Part shown: positions 15,492 to 24,000 of the stretch, piece after piece | Layout of the letters: the number at the start of each line of letters is the position of its first letter | Position numbering within the stretch: the first letter of the stretch is position 1 | DNA from: Candidatus Bathyarchaeia archaeon | GTDB taxonomy: Archaea > Asgardarchaeota > Heimdallarchaeia > JABLTI01 | Reading direction: 5' to 3' | Assembly: GCA_035528035.1 (NCBI GenBank) | Contig: DATKZI010000043.1 | Coordinates: forward strand, 27,332-51,331 | Length of the DNA stretch: 24,000 bases | The notes under the pieces: model-generated | Seen by the model: only the letters and a program-made list of their open reading frames with translations | The model's database searches: none | What the model was told of the DNA's origin: nothing | Position numbers and translations under genes: made by a program

Positions 15492-16799
15492 ATGAATTCG
15501 TCCAGTAAAATATACACGTTAATTTTTATTTTCATTTTTTCATTACAAACTTGTTTTCCAATTTCTGCACAAACTAGCTCATTTTTCCCCATAACTTGGA
15601 ATAGCCCAATACTGTTATCATCTCCTGATATTCCAAGCACTTATCCCAATATTGTAGTAGATACAAACAATAAAACATCAGTGGTTTGGATTGGCAAAAT
15701 TGGTTATAGTGAAAAGGTAAATTATAGATACAGAAATAATTTTAATAGTTGGTCAGCTATTCAAGATATTTCAACTACAGTAGGTGTTTATGCTACCCCA
15801 GAAAAATGTTCGATGATTTTAGACAAATCCAATATAGTACATGTAGCGTGGTTGAATAGTAATTATGATCTTTATTATCGATACTTAAATGGAACTATTT
15901 GGTCTAATTCCCAAATTATCGCGGGATTAAATAACTCTGGTAGTTTTTCATTAGCCTCCTTTTTGGATGGATCAATTGTTTTTGTTTGGAATACCATCTA
16001 TAATACTAGAAACCAATTATTTTCTCGTTGTTTCTATCCTCAATTTAATAATTGGTCAGACATAATCCAAATTACTAAAAGTAAAGGTAATTGTAAATAT
16101 GTTGATATCGCCATTGATTCTACTGATCAAGCTCATTTAGTTTGGGTTGAGGAAATAGCTTCCCCCTATTTTTCAGGGATTAAATATCAAACATTTAACA
16201 AAACATACACATTTACTAATGAAACAAAAATCAGCACTTTAGATGATGAAGAATATGATAATCCATGCATAGCTACTGATAGCTTAAATAATGTACATAT
16301 AGCATGGGAAGAAAAGGTTGGCTATCCTAGCTATGAAAGGGGATTAGTTTACAGATATCAAAATAACGGAAGCTGGAGCTCAAAGAAATATTTCGATCTT
16401 TATGGTAGCGCAACGAATCCGGTTATTATGTGCGATTCCAATGATCTTTTACATCTCCTATGGTCGGAATATAATTCTTTGATTTACAATCAAATAGGAG
16501 AAAATGGCTTGCGTTCTGATTATGATTTTGTTATAACACAATGTGGAGGAACTATACCAGATATGGTTGTAGACGACAACAATATTGTACATATACTCTA
16601 TTCTGCTGATGAATCTGCATCTGAACCAACCTATTATGGAATTAATTATATTGTAGGCATGAGAACTGTTTTGGAGCCCACAACACCTCCAATTAGTATA
16701 TCAATAAACCTTTCATTTCAAACAATCTTCCTCATGATTTTTGGGATAAATTCAGCAATCAGTATAGTTATAATTTATAAAAAGAAAAAGAACTCATGA
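15492..16799 (+). CDS. Secreted, C-terminally membrane-anchored protein with seven internal repeats (probable beta-propeller)
   Basis: Signal peptide (IYTLIFIFIFSLQTCFPISAQ). A motif recurs seven times at ~45-55 aa spacing: TSVVWIG, VHVAWLN, IVFVWNT, AHLVWVE, VHIAWEE, LHLLWSE, VHILYSA. Most copies are preceded by a D-x-x-(N/D) turn and followed by Y-R-Y...W-S. A C-terminal TM segment and a KKKK stop-transfer follow. An agggg box lies upstream of the ATG. Confidence 0.85.
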   Translation: MNSSSKIYTLIFIFIFSLQTCFPISAQTSSFFPITWNSPILLSSPDIPSTYPNIVVDTNNKTSVVWIGKIGYSEKVNYRYRNNFNSWSAIQDISTTVGVYATPEKCSMILDKSNIVHVAWLNSNYDLYYRYLNGTIWSNSQIIAGLNNSGSFSLASFLDGSIVFVWNTIYNTRNQLFSRCFYPQFNNWSDIIQITKSKGNCKYVDIAIDSTDQAHLVWVEEIASPYFSGIKYQTFNKTYTFTNETKISTLDDEEYDNPCIATDSLNNVHIAWEEKVGYPSYERGLVYRYQNNGSWSSKKYFDLYGSATNPVIMCDSNDLLHLLWSEYNSLIYNQIGENGLRSDYDFVITQCGGTIPDMVVDDNNIVHILYSADESASEPTYYGINYIVGMRTVLEPTTPPISISINLSFQTIFLMIFGINSAISIVIIYKKKKNS

Positions 16800-16992
16800 A
16801 TCATATGAAGATGAAGAATCAGGTTACCCAATCGCTATTTTATTATCAACAGATAATACAGAAGAAACTATACAGATCAACATAGATGACTATTCGAATG
16901 TTTTCCTTAGGAATTATAAATTGGAGGAAAAAACCAAAGCTGCAATCGCTTCGTATAAAGCTAAGTATAGAAAATCTCTAAAACAAGATTAG
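16774..16992 (+). other. Start-less 72-codon ORF in the +1 frame, probably the displaced C-terminal tail of the 15492..16799 protein
   Basis: The frame opens immediately after TAA 16771-16773 and overlaps the A5-G-A5-G tract (16779-16790). It has no ATG/GTG, and its only TTG is near the 3' end. It reads FIKRKRTHESYEDEESGYPIAILLSTDNTEETIQINIDDYSNVFLRNYKLEEKTKAAIASYKAKYRKSLKQD and is followed by the hairpin plus T7. Confidence 0.4.
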
Positions 16993-16997
16993 GCTCA

Positions 16998-17028
16998 AAA
17001 GGGAGGTAAATTCTCCTTTTCTTTTTTT
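16998..17028 (+). terminator. Stem-loop plus T7 terminator-like element
   Basis: aaagggag (16998-17005) pairs with ctcctttt (17013-17020): 8 bp with one G-U and a 7-nt loop, followed by c + ttttttt (17022-17028). Confidence 0.5.
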
Positions 17029-17083
17029 ACTAATCTTACTTCATGATACTATTAATTAACTCCTCTAGTGTCACCTAGTGTTA

Positions 17084-18481
17084 TTATTTAGCTTTAGGAT
17101 ACTCTTCTATAGGAATAATAGGTTCAATTGGCAACTCTTCTTCTTGAATTCCACTTTTAATTAATTTTTGTGATTCCCTTAAGTTCTTTTTAACAACTTT
17201 GCTGATTACCAAAGGAAGTAACCCTGCTATAGGATATGCAACCATTGCAATTGGAAATAGCATTGCATCCAGAGCTGTAAAAGCTAAACCGCCAAGCAAA
17301 GTTCCCGTAGCTCTCATAGCTCTTTGTCCTGTTTGCAGAAGACCCAAAGTCTTTCCTCGATGTTTGGGCGGTATCCATTCAAACAAAAAGCTATTCCAAG
17401 CAGCTGAGGGTGTCATAGCAAAGAAATATCTTAGTATAAAGAAGAAACAGGTGAGATAAAACATATCATGGCTGCCTGCAAGCCAAATACCTATTGCTGC
17501 AGGTATCACTGCTGTCCAGAAAATTACTACCACTACATCTTTACCCCATTTTTCAGCGATAAAGGCAATTAGTAGATAACCGGCTGAGAGAGCTAACCAA
17601 TTTAGAGAATTCAACCATGCCCAAGCCATGAAATGGGCTTCAAAAATATAATTAAAATGAGTGTAAACATATGCTCCTACAAAAGGAATTGCCACCCCAC
17701 TAGTAAAACCCATCAACATTCGTCCAATCCCAAAACTTCCTTGCACTAAGAGAATAGATTTCAATCCTTTCTTTTCATCCGCGAATGCAGTAAAATCATC
17801 ACCACTTTTTTCAGAAAGTTCTTGAGCATAATCGATCTCTCCTTTAGGGGATTTTTCAGCAATTAATTTTAATGTGAAAATTAGGATCAATGCTATTACC
17901 CCAAAAATAGCCATGATAGTAAAGACCCAATCATATCCTAGAATGGGGAAGGTCAATAAAAACATACAAATAATAGGGGCGGAAGCACTTGCCAAACCTC
18001 TCGAAACCATATTCCAAGTTAATCCCTTCGTTCTATGCTTCCCTTTACCAGTTTCATTAGCAATAAAAGCATTAGTGGAAATCATCATTAATTGTTGCCC
18101 TATAGCAAACAAGCAGTAAAATAGTATAGATAAACCATAATTATCTACTCGAGTAAAAGCAACAGCTGAAACAATAATGGATAAGAGACCTATAATCATG
18201 CCTGTGCGTTTAAATTGTATATCTACTAGAAATCCCAAAATAAAGATAATGACCATTGAAGCATACCCTCCTATGGAGAGTACTAAACCGTATTTTTCAT
18301 TTGTCCACCCTTTTTCATCAAATGCAAATGGTATAATCAGTGTACTAAATGATTCTTCAAAAATTCGATAGAAAAAACTAACTGTAATGATATTACGCAA
18401 AATCCCTTTATGATTTCTACCGTTGAAATTAGAATCAATTGCTGATGAAGGTTCTGTAGGGGCGTTAGTTTTCATAGTCAC
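17084..18481 (-). CDS. Major facilitator superfamily transporter
   Basis: 465 aa with about 12 hydrophobic helices in two halves separated by a charged central loop. The loop 2-3 motif is GFLVDIQFKRTG (MFS G-x-L-x-D-x-x-G-R-K/R-like). Confidence 0.88.
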   Translation of the reverse strand: MTMKTNAPTEPSSAIDSNFNGRNHKGILRNIITVSFFYRIFEESFSTLIIPFAFDEKGWTNEKYGLVLSIGGYASMVIIFILGFLVDIQFKRTGMIIGLLSIIVSAVAFTRVDNYGLSILFYCLFAIGQQLMMISTNAFIANETGKGKHRTKGLTWNMVSRGLASASAPIICMFLLTFPILGYDWVFTIMAIFGVIALILIFTLKLIAEKSPKGEIDYAQELSEKSGDDFTAFADEKKGLKSILLVQGSFGIGRMLMGFTSGVAIPFVGAYVYTHFNYIFEAHFMAWAWLNSLNWLALSAGYLLIAFIAEKWGKDVVVVIFWTAVIPAAIGIWLAGSHDMFYLTCFFFILRYFFAMTPSAAWNSFLFEWIPPKHRGKTLGLLQTGQRAMRATGTLLGGLAFTALDAMLFPIAMVAYPIAGLLPLVISKVVKKNLRESQKLIKSGIQEEELPIEPIIPIEEYPKAK

Positions 18482-18624
18482 TATAAAACATTCAATGAGA
18501 ATTTAACGTTTTTGCTAATTTTAATTAATTGTCCTCAACATAATCCTATTTTTAAATAAAAGTTAAAACAAGGTAAACTAATAGTCAATTAATAGTCTAA
18601 ATTGTTAAGGATCATGGTAGAATT

Positions 18625-19944
18625 ATGGATTCCGTTACTAATCTTATAGAAATTACTCATAATGAATCACTCAAGATAATTCTACAATATGAACAATCTT
18701 CCCAGACTGTGCGTTATTTTTTACGAAAGCATTTAATCGATTATTTTTTTTCTGATGAGATTGCAGCAAAAATCCAAGCAGTGGTTGTTGGTATTGTACG
18801 GTATCAAAATACTATTAATTTTATTTTAAATCGAACTGTACCAAAAAACATACTGCAACAACTCTCTATAGCTGATATTGCTAGTATTAAAGTAGCGATT
18901 TTTGAATTACGTTGGCAGAAGATTCCTATCCAAGATATAGCACCATTGGTTAAGATAGATGTCAAATACCTTACTATTGCACTAAATCTCAATCTAAATG
19001 CTAATGTTAAAACATTAAACCAAGAGAATCAAATAAGTATAATATATTCACATCCAACCTTCCTTGTTCATACATTAATTGAGAAATTGGGAAAACCTGA
19101 GGCTGTTTCTCTTATGGAGAAAAATAATACCCAAGCAATAGCATATCTTAGAGTAAATCAATTACTTCAAGACAGTGAATCCATATTAAACTCAATAATT
19201 ACCAAAGGAGTAATTTTAGAACAAGATAAAGATCTACCATTTCTTTATATTATTAAAGAGGGATTGCAAACAGTTGTTAAGACTGATGCTTTCAAAAAAG
19301 GTCAGATATTCATTCAAGATAAAGCAAGTGTTACAGCAGTAAAAGCACTTAATCCTAACCCGGGAGACTTTATTTGGGATGCTTGTGCAGCTCCTGGAAT
19401 GAAAACTCATCTATTATGGGAATTAATGAAAAGACAAGGTCAATTAGTGGCAAGTGATATTAATGACAAAAGATTACAAGAAGCACAACAACGGTTTCTA
19501 TCGTATAATTGTAAGGGAATTGAATGGATGCAAGCTGATGCTTCAATTACCTTTATACCTAAAATTAAAAAAATCCTGATTGATGCTCCTTGTACTTCAA
19601 CCGGTATTATTCAAAGCCACCCCTCATACAAATGGCGTTTAAACAAGAATTGGTTATTTTCTATCATGACTATTCAGAACAAAATATTAGACGGAATAAT
19701 TTCAAATTATTCCAATCAACCAGGAACGGAAATTCTTTACTCCACATGCTCAATATTACCACACGAAGGCGAAAATCAAATTGATTCGGTTTTGGAACGA
19801 TTTGATAATCTTGAGCTTTTAGACGGACCTACTATTGGACAAAAAGGATACCTTAATTTTAAATGTACTAATAAAGTTCGCAGGCTATTTCCTCATATTC
19901 ATAACACAAATGGTTTTTTTATCGCCCATATGAAAATTATTTGA
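18625..19944 (+). CDS. NOL1/NOP2/Sun (RsmB-like) RNA cytosine-C5 methyltransferase with N-terminal NusB-like region
   Basis: SAM motif DACAAPGMKT, motif IV DAPCTSTG (catalytic Pro-Cys), motif VI YSTCS and the C-terminal NGFFIA are present. Confidence 0.9.
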   Translation: MDSVTNLIEITHNESLKIILQYEQSSQTVRYFLRKHLIDYFFSDEIAAKIQAVVVGIVRYQNTINFILNRTVPKNILQQLSIADIASIKVAIFELRWQKIPIQDIAPLVKIDVKYLTIALNLNLNANVKTLNQENQISIIYSHPTFLVHTLIEKLGKPEAVSLMEKNNTQAIAYLRVNQLLQDSESILNSIITKGVILEQDKDLPFLYIIKEGLQTVVKTDAFKKGQIFIQDKASVTAVKALNPNPGDFIWDACAAPGMKTHLLWELMKRQGQLVASDINDKRLQEAQQRFLSYNCKGIEWMQADASITFIPKIKKILIDAPCTSTGIIQSHPSYKWRLNKNWLFSIMTIQNKILDGIISNYSNQPGTEILYSTCSILPHEGENQIDSVLERFDNLELLDGPTIGQKGYLNFKCTNKVRRLFPHIHNTNGFFIAHMKII

Positions 19945-20084
19945 AAAAAAATTGGTATCGTAAAATGATCGCTTTAATTTTAAATTAATAGGTTAATTAT
20001 TAATTCATTAACTTGATAAATTAAAAGATAATTTTATATAGAAAAAAGAACCATTTTTGCTAAAAGTTAGGAAGTAATTCACAA

Positions 20085-20531
20085 ATGCCAATTTTAAGAG
20101 CAACTACTGTTGAATCTATTATGATAAAACCTGCTTTTGTTGATATTAATGACAATATTGTCCAAGTAGCAAAAATGCTACTCCAAACAAAAAAAGGATG
20201 CGTTTTTGTAACTAATCACGATAAAGCAGTAGGAATAATCACAGATAGAGATTTTCAACGTTATATTGTTAAAGAAGCTGGAATGATATCTTCAACTAGT
20301 ACAGCAAAAGAATTTATGATATCACCAGTAATAACCATTCGAAAAAACGCCTCAGTTGAAGAGGCTGATCAATTAATGCATAAAGAAAAAATACAACGTT
20401 TGGGTGTAATTGAAAAAGCTAATCCCAATATAATAATTGGATTGCTTGATTATAACGCAACACATGCTGAGCTTATCACGAAATTTGCTAAATCATTGAT
20501 TAATCGTGAACAATATTTTAAAAGAGAATGA
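20085..20531 (+). CDS. CBS-pair domain protein
   Basis: Two CBS-type units are present (VGIITDRDFQRYI; IQRLGVIEK...IIGLLD). The length of 148 aa is typical of stand-alone CBS pairs. Confidence 0.85.
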   Translation: MPILRATTVESIMIKPAFVDINDNIVQVAKMLLQTKKGCVFVTNHDKAVGIITDRDFQRYIVKEAGMISSTSTAKEFMISPVITIRKNASVEEADQLMHKEKIQRLGVIEKANPNIIIGLLDYNATHAELITKFAKSLINREQYFKRE

Positions 20532-20532
20532 A

Positions 20533-20541
20533 TTTTTTTTT
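20533..20541 (+). terminator. Oligo-T (T9) termination signal after the CBS gene
   Basis: Nine consecutive T start 2 nt after the TGA stop. Confidence 0.45.
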
Positions 20542-20599
20542 CCTTTCTTATCTTTTAATGATTTCATGATGGAAAATTAAAATATTAAAAAATTCTAAC

Positions 20600-20953
20600 C
20601 TATTCTAAGAATTTTGTTGGAATGGTTGGTTTGGGTGTTTTTATTACTAAGAAACGTAAATTTTCGTTATACCTATTAAACCAACAATGAACAATATTTT
20701 TTGGACTTTCTATCAAAGTATCTTTATCTACTTCTTTTTCCTCAACACCAATGAGAACAATTCCTTTTCCTTCAAGCACATAAAATATAACATCTTCTGG
20801 TGTGATATGCTTCCTTAATTTCTCACCAGGCTCCAAAGTTATTTGTATGATTATCGCATTTGGATCATCATATAATTTTCTTGAATCTACACCATGAGGA
20901 TTTTGGTATATTTCTTTCTCAAAAGGCTTTATTGTTTTCATAGCTATGCACAT
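20600..20953 (-). CDS. Cupin-fold protein
   Basis: LEPGEKLRKHITPEDVIFYVLEGKG and NIVHCW match the two cupin motifs, though with an incomplete His set. The in-frame ATG at 20941 (MKTIKPF) is an alternative start. Confidence 0.75.
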   Translation of the reverse strand: MCIAMKTIKPFEKEIYQNPHGVDSRKLYDDPNAIIIQITLEPGEKLRKHITPEDVIFYVLEGKGIVLIGVEEKEVDKDTLIESPKNIVHCWFNRYNENLRFLVIKTPKPTIPTKFLE

Positions 20954-21150
20954 TTGAATTTATTATTGAACTGATTTTATAAATGCCGCTTTAATTATAA
21001 CACAAAAAAGTATTCTGTAAGTTAGATTGTAAACCAGAAATAACTCCTTTAATTCAATTTACAAAGATATATTTCCTTTTTGTTCTTCACCCAGAGATAA
21101 TGAAAATTTTAAAAGGAACAATAGATTAACCTTCTTGAAGTAGAGGTACC

Positions 21151-22251
21151 ATGATGAAGAAATTTAATGTACCAATTGTAGTATTAGCCATTTTTTATAT
21201 TTTTAATATGATAATGATTACTTTGATTGCTATGAATTTTCAATCATATGATATAATAAGTAAGATTATTCTACTTATACCAATTATAATGGTTACATTA
21301 ACATTGTTTTCTTTGGGTGATTTTTATGAATGGATGATGTTGGTAGAGAATAGAAAACTACGTTTGGCATTAGTTATTATATTCAGAACCAGTTTTCTAA
21401 TAAGCAGTCTAGCAGCATCAAGTGGAACAATCATTTATCTTGCTCTATTCTTTAATTTCAGTAATTTTCTAATTGCTGATCTAATAGGTTATCTCTTTAT
21501 TGATCTCATTCTCAATGCATATATTGTTTTGGCAATTATTTCCCTAGGATATTCAGGCGCATATAGAACCACTCCTGACAACATTCATCGATTAGAGCTT
21601 TTAGCATCAACAAATGTTTTTAGTAAACAAATGGAAAAATTTGACAATTTACTTGAGGAATATGCTTTAGGGGTAACAGATGATTTATGTTTGATTTATT
21701 TTTCAGAAGTAGTTGATAAAATAGCGCATCCAAATAAGGACAAAGAATATTATACTATTATGACAGGAGCTTTTTCATTGATTTTCAGAAAAACTGTTTT
21801 AGGAGACTATTATTCTAGAGAATTTCGAAAAAGCATAAGATTTCCGGGTAAGAGAATTAATGATTTTTTGGTTATAGCAAAACCATTTGCTATTCTTTTT
21901 CCTGATAAGGTAGGTGTATTTAGAGATTATACTTCTGCAAATTTAAGAAGAAAAAAGCTAAAGGTTGCTAAAGAACTTATTAATATAATAGAAAAGGAAA
22001 CAATTGAAATTTCTAAAACCAGCGGAATAACTGAACGTGTTGAAAAACTTAAACCTTTTATGAAAGACATTAAAGAAATCAGAGCACTAATACAAAATTC
22101 AAAAGAATTTGATATTGATGAATTAATGAAAATAAGTAATCTAAGTAAAGATGAAATTAGTGAAATTAGTAAACATCTAGATCGCGATGTATATGGAAAT
22201 AAACTTTTGACTAATACCAAATACTTAGCTATTCTTACAAAATTAGTTTAA
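21151..22251 (+). CDS. Hypothetical membrane protein (N-terminal ~150 aa multi-TM region plus ~215 aa soluble region)
   Basis: 366-aa ORF with an agaggt box upstream. The N-terminal half is hydrophobic and the C-terminal half is charged and helical. No family was recognised. Confidence 0.7.
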   Translation: MMKKFNVPIVVLAIFYIFNMIMITLIAMNFQSYDIISKIILLIPIIMVTLTLFSLGDFYEWMMLVENRKLRLALVIIFRTSFLISSLAASSGTIIYLALFFNFSNFLIADLIGYLFIDLILNAYIVLAIISLGYSGAYRTTPDNIHRLELLASTNVFSKQMEKFDNLLEEYALGVTDDLCLIYFSEVVDKIAHPNKDKEYYTIMTGAFSLIFRKTVLGDYYSREFRKSIRFPGKRINDFLVIAKPFAILFPDKVGVFRDYTSANLRRKKLKVAKELINIIEKETIEISKTSGITERVEKLKPFMKDIKEIRALIQNSKEFDIDELMKISNLSKDEISEISKHLDRDVYGNKLLTNTKYLAILTKLV

Positions 22252-22432
22252 ATGCCTTCATATCAAATGGGTCACATTCTAAACAAAGTGTAGAATAAGG
22301 TGATCTATTTTTCTGCAATAGAAATAATTAGTGTATTGTTTTTCACTTGAAGTATATTCTACATCAAGAGAAAGAGAAAAAGTGTAAAACTCATGAGAAA
22401 AATTTTTTTCCCTTTAATCGTTTAGATTGTAA

Positions 22433-23302
22433 GTGAAAACTTTGGTTAAATTTCAAAAGATACGTCGTATCTCATTGACTATTTTCTTTTCTTCAATTTT
22501 CTTTTCAGCAGTAGTAATTATTTATATTCAAAACTATAATAATAAACCAGGTCCCTATACTTACCCTAATAAGTGGCAATTAGCTCTATTTGATGATTTT
22601 ACCAGTCCTTCTTTAGACATGAATATTTGGAGCTATAACTACCCCTATGATTGGCCTCATGAAGGACATACCCACAATCATCAAGCTTATATGGATGAAG
22701 CTAATGTTCTTCTAGAAAATGGTTTCTTACGTTTAATAGGTGAAAATAAACACCATCCAAATGCTCCTGAACCAGAATACGCTTTCGGGAAGTATTTAAC
22801 CTATAATTACACTGCAGGGGCAATAAACACTCGAGAGAAGTTTAATTTCACTGGCGGGTATATTGAGGGAAGATTTCGAATGCCTGCAACACGAGGTTTT
22901 TGGCCAGCTTTTTGGATGCTAAAAGACGCTGAAATAGGATTGCCTGAAATAGATATCCTTGAAATTTTATCATCCAGTCCAAATACTTTGTATACCACGG
23001 TTCATTATGGTCATTCTTGGTCCTCCTACAAATCGTATGGTTGGATGTCTGTAAATCATCCAGACCTGTCATTAGATTTTCATACTTATGGAGTTGAAGT
23101 AACTGAATCTACTCTGAAATGGTTTCTTGATGGAAAACGAATTGGTATTATTTTTAGAGATAAATATTGGCTTGAACAATGCACAGATCTCTTTGTTATT
23201 ATTAACCTAGCAATTGGTGGGTGGGAAGTTAATCCTGATACTACTACTATTTGGCCGGCTTACTTTGATTGCGACTGGATAAAGGTTTGGCAATTAATTT
23301 AA
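22433..23302 (+). CDS. Glycoside hydrolase family 16 (beta-glucanase/laminarinase-like) with N-terminal signal anchor
   Basis: The catalytic E-x-D-x-x-E motif is in GLPEIDILEIL, preceded by GFWPAFWML. The N-terminal hydrophobic segment is ISLTIFFSSIFFSAVVIIYI. The start is GTG. Confidence 0.88.
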   Translation: MKTLVKFQKIRRISLTIFFSSIFFSAVVIIYIQNYNNKPGPYTYPNKWQLALFDDFTSPSLDMNIWSYNYPYDWPHEGHTHNHQAYMDEANVLLENGFLRLIGENKHHPNAPEPEYAFGKYLTYNYTAGAINTREKFNFTGGYIEGRFRMPATRGFWPAFWMLKDAEIGLPEIDILEILSSSPNTLYTTVHYGHSWSSYKSYGWMSVNHPDLSLDFHTYGVEVTESTLKWFLDGKRIGIIFRDKYWLEQCTDLFVIINLAIGGWEVNPDTTTIWPAYFDCDWIKVWQLI

Positions 23303-23365
23303 TTTATTTTTTACCCATTTTCTTATTATTCGTTTTATAATACTCAAATTTTCGTAAGGAAATGA

Positions 23366-23581
23366 AATGGATTTTTCTGGTTTATACGCGCACCACCATC
23401 CCATTTAAGTGAATTTATTGATTTTATTTGGGATATTTGCCCAAAATATGATCTTTATTTCCTAGATTATCGTTACTCGCAGCTTTATGGATTATGGGAT
23501 CAAACATTTGATGTTGAACATAAAAAATGGAAACTCAATTATGATTTTATGGTTAAGGATGTTTTGAATAAAATCCTCTAA
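23366..23581 (+). other. Start-less 71-codon ORF, possibly a frameshifted or remnant small gene
   Basis: The frame is open from just after TGA 23363-23365 to TAA 23579-23581 (…HLSEFIDFIWDICPKYDLYFLDYRYSQLYGLWDQTFDVEHKKWKLNYDFMVKDVLNKIL). There is no start codon near its 5' end. A 13-codon ATG ORF (23367, MDFSGLYAHHHPI-stop) sits in another frame over the same 5' region. Confidence 0.25.
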
Positions 23582-23770
23582 TAAACATTATTACTGAAAA
23601 ATGAACTTTGAAACACTAAAGGGGTATTTTCTAAAGTATGATAAAGTAGATATTGAATATAATATCTAGCATTATACTTTAATATTGATTTTAATCACAT
23701 CATTTTTTAAAAATTAGAGAAAGAAATTAGAGTAGAGTGGATGAAAAAAAAGAGAGAGAAAAGAATAATA

Positions 23771-24000
23771 CTATTTTCTTTTCTTAATAAATAATGAAAT
23801 TAGAGCAAATGCAGCAAATAAGGATATGATAATATTCAAAGATAGTTTATCAGAAGTTGTTTGACTGGGTGTAGGTGGATGGTCTTCTGAATCTAGTGGA
23901 TCTGTTCCAGCTAAAATTTCTTCTCCATCTGTGAAACCATCGTCGTCTGAATCTTCATCGTTAGGATTTGTTCCAGCAAGATATTCCTCTCCATCTGATA
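23771..24000 (-). CDS. Partial CDS (3' end): surface protein with thrombospondin type-3-like acidic Ca-binding repeats and a C-terminal TM anchor
   Basis: Hand translation of the reverse strand gives ...[75 protein letters not shown]-stop (TAG complement at 23771-23773). It is missing from the track because its start lies outside the window. Confidence 0.75.
   Translation of the reverse strand, partial: SDGEEYLAGTNPNDEDSDDDGFTDGEEILAGTDPLDSEDHPPTPSQTTSDKLSLNIIISLFAAFALISLFIKKRK

Noticed and set aside
16776-16793. Programmed ribosomal frameshifting at the A-rich tract
   Set aside because: The required shift is +1, not the -1 shift typical of A-AAA-AAG slippery sites. I saw no stimulatory structure immediately downstream. 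A simple 1-nt indel, real or from assembly, is the more economical explanation, so recoding is listed only as a possibility.
17190-23072. Nested ORFs 17190..17378, 17199..17459, 17874..18119, 18177..18371, 18804..18992, 19590..19784, 21927..22220, 22807..22998 and 22848..23072
   Set aside because: All are embedded in the MFS, m5C methyltransferase, membrane-protein or GH16 genes, on the opposite strand or in another frame. They are shadow ORFs.
23647-23668. Short palindromes in intergenic DNA, such as tagatatt-n6-aatatcta here, aagcat-g-atgctt at 12687-12699 and ttttgtg-n7-cacaaaa at 14808-14828
   Set aside because: Inverted repeats of 6-8 bp made of A/T-rich sequence are expected by chance at this base composition. 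None recurs elsewhere in the window, so I do not call them operators.
1-24000. CRISPR arrays, rRNA genes or other structured RNA genes
   Set aside because: There are no regularly spaced direct repeats. Apart from the tRNA, its 31-nt copy and one small hairpin at 9233-9264, no GC-rich structured segments stand out from the AT-rich background.

Overview
The window is strongly AT-rich (about 30% G+C by eye), densely coding, and most likely archaeal. The main support for archaeal origin is a tRNA-Pro(UGG) gene at 14879-14998 (- strand) interrupted at position 37/38 by a 43-nt intron that folds into a canonical bulge-helix-bulge splice motif. An Asgard/Lokiarchaeia-like source is only a guess.

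Most genes are ordinary single-copy functions:
- enzymes: HD phosphohydrolase, M55 D-aminopeptidase, SDR oxidoreductase, SAM methyltransferase, D-2-hydroxyacid dehydrogenase, Tag glycosylase, NOL1/NOP2/Sun RNA m5C methyltransferase, GH16 glucanase
- other families: CBM9-like protein, DegV, MFS transporter, CBS-pair protein, cupin
- several membrane or surface proteins and hypotheticals

The stand-out region is 12817-14909. A 31-nt copy (30/31 identical) of the tRNA-Pro 3' end sits 2062 bp downstream of the intact tRNA in the same orientation. The two copies bracket a cassette of exactly two translationally coupled genes, an AAA_15/21-type ATPase and an RloB-like (Toprim-pattern) protein. This is an AbiL-like or split-OLD-like candidate antiviral pair, and the cassette has no integrase. 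A patatin-like phospholipase and an unusual protein with eight CxxC motifs lie immediately outside the cassette.

Other points worth a second look:
- an orphan beta-grasp protein ending in Gly-Gly
- a 7-repeat surface protein whose putative cytoplasmic tail is displaced into the +1 frame at an A-rich tract
- a B-box-like mini zinc protein next to the tRNA
- two partial CDSs at the window edges that the ORF track missed

I found no CRISPR array, rRNA, transposase or integrase.
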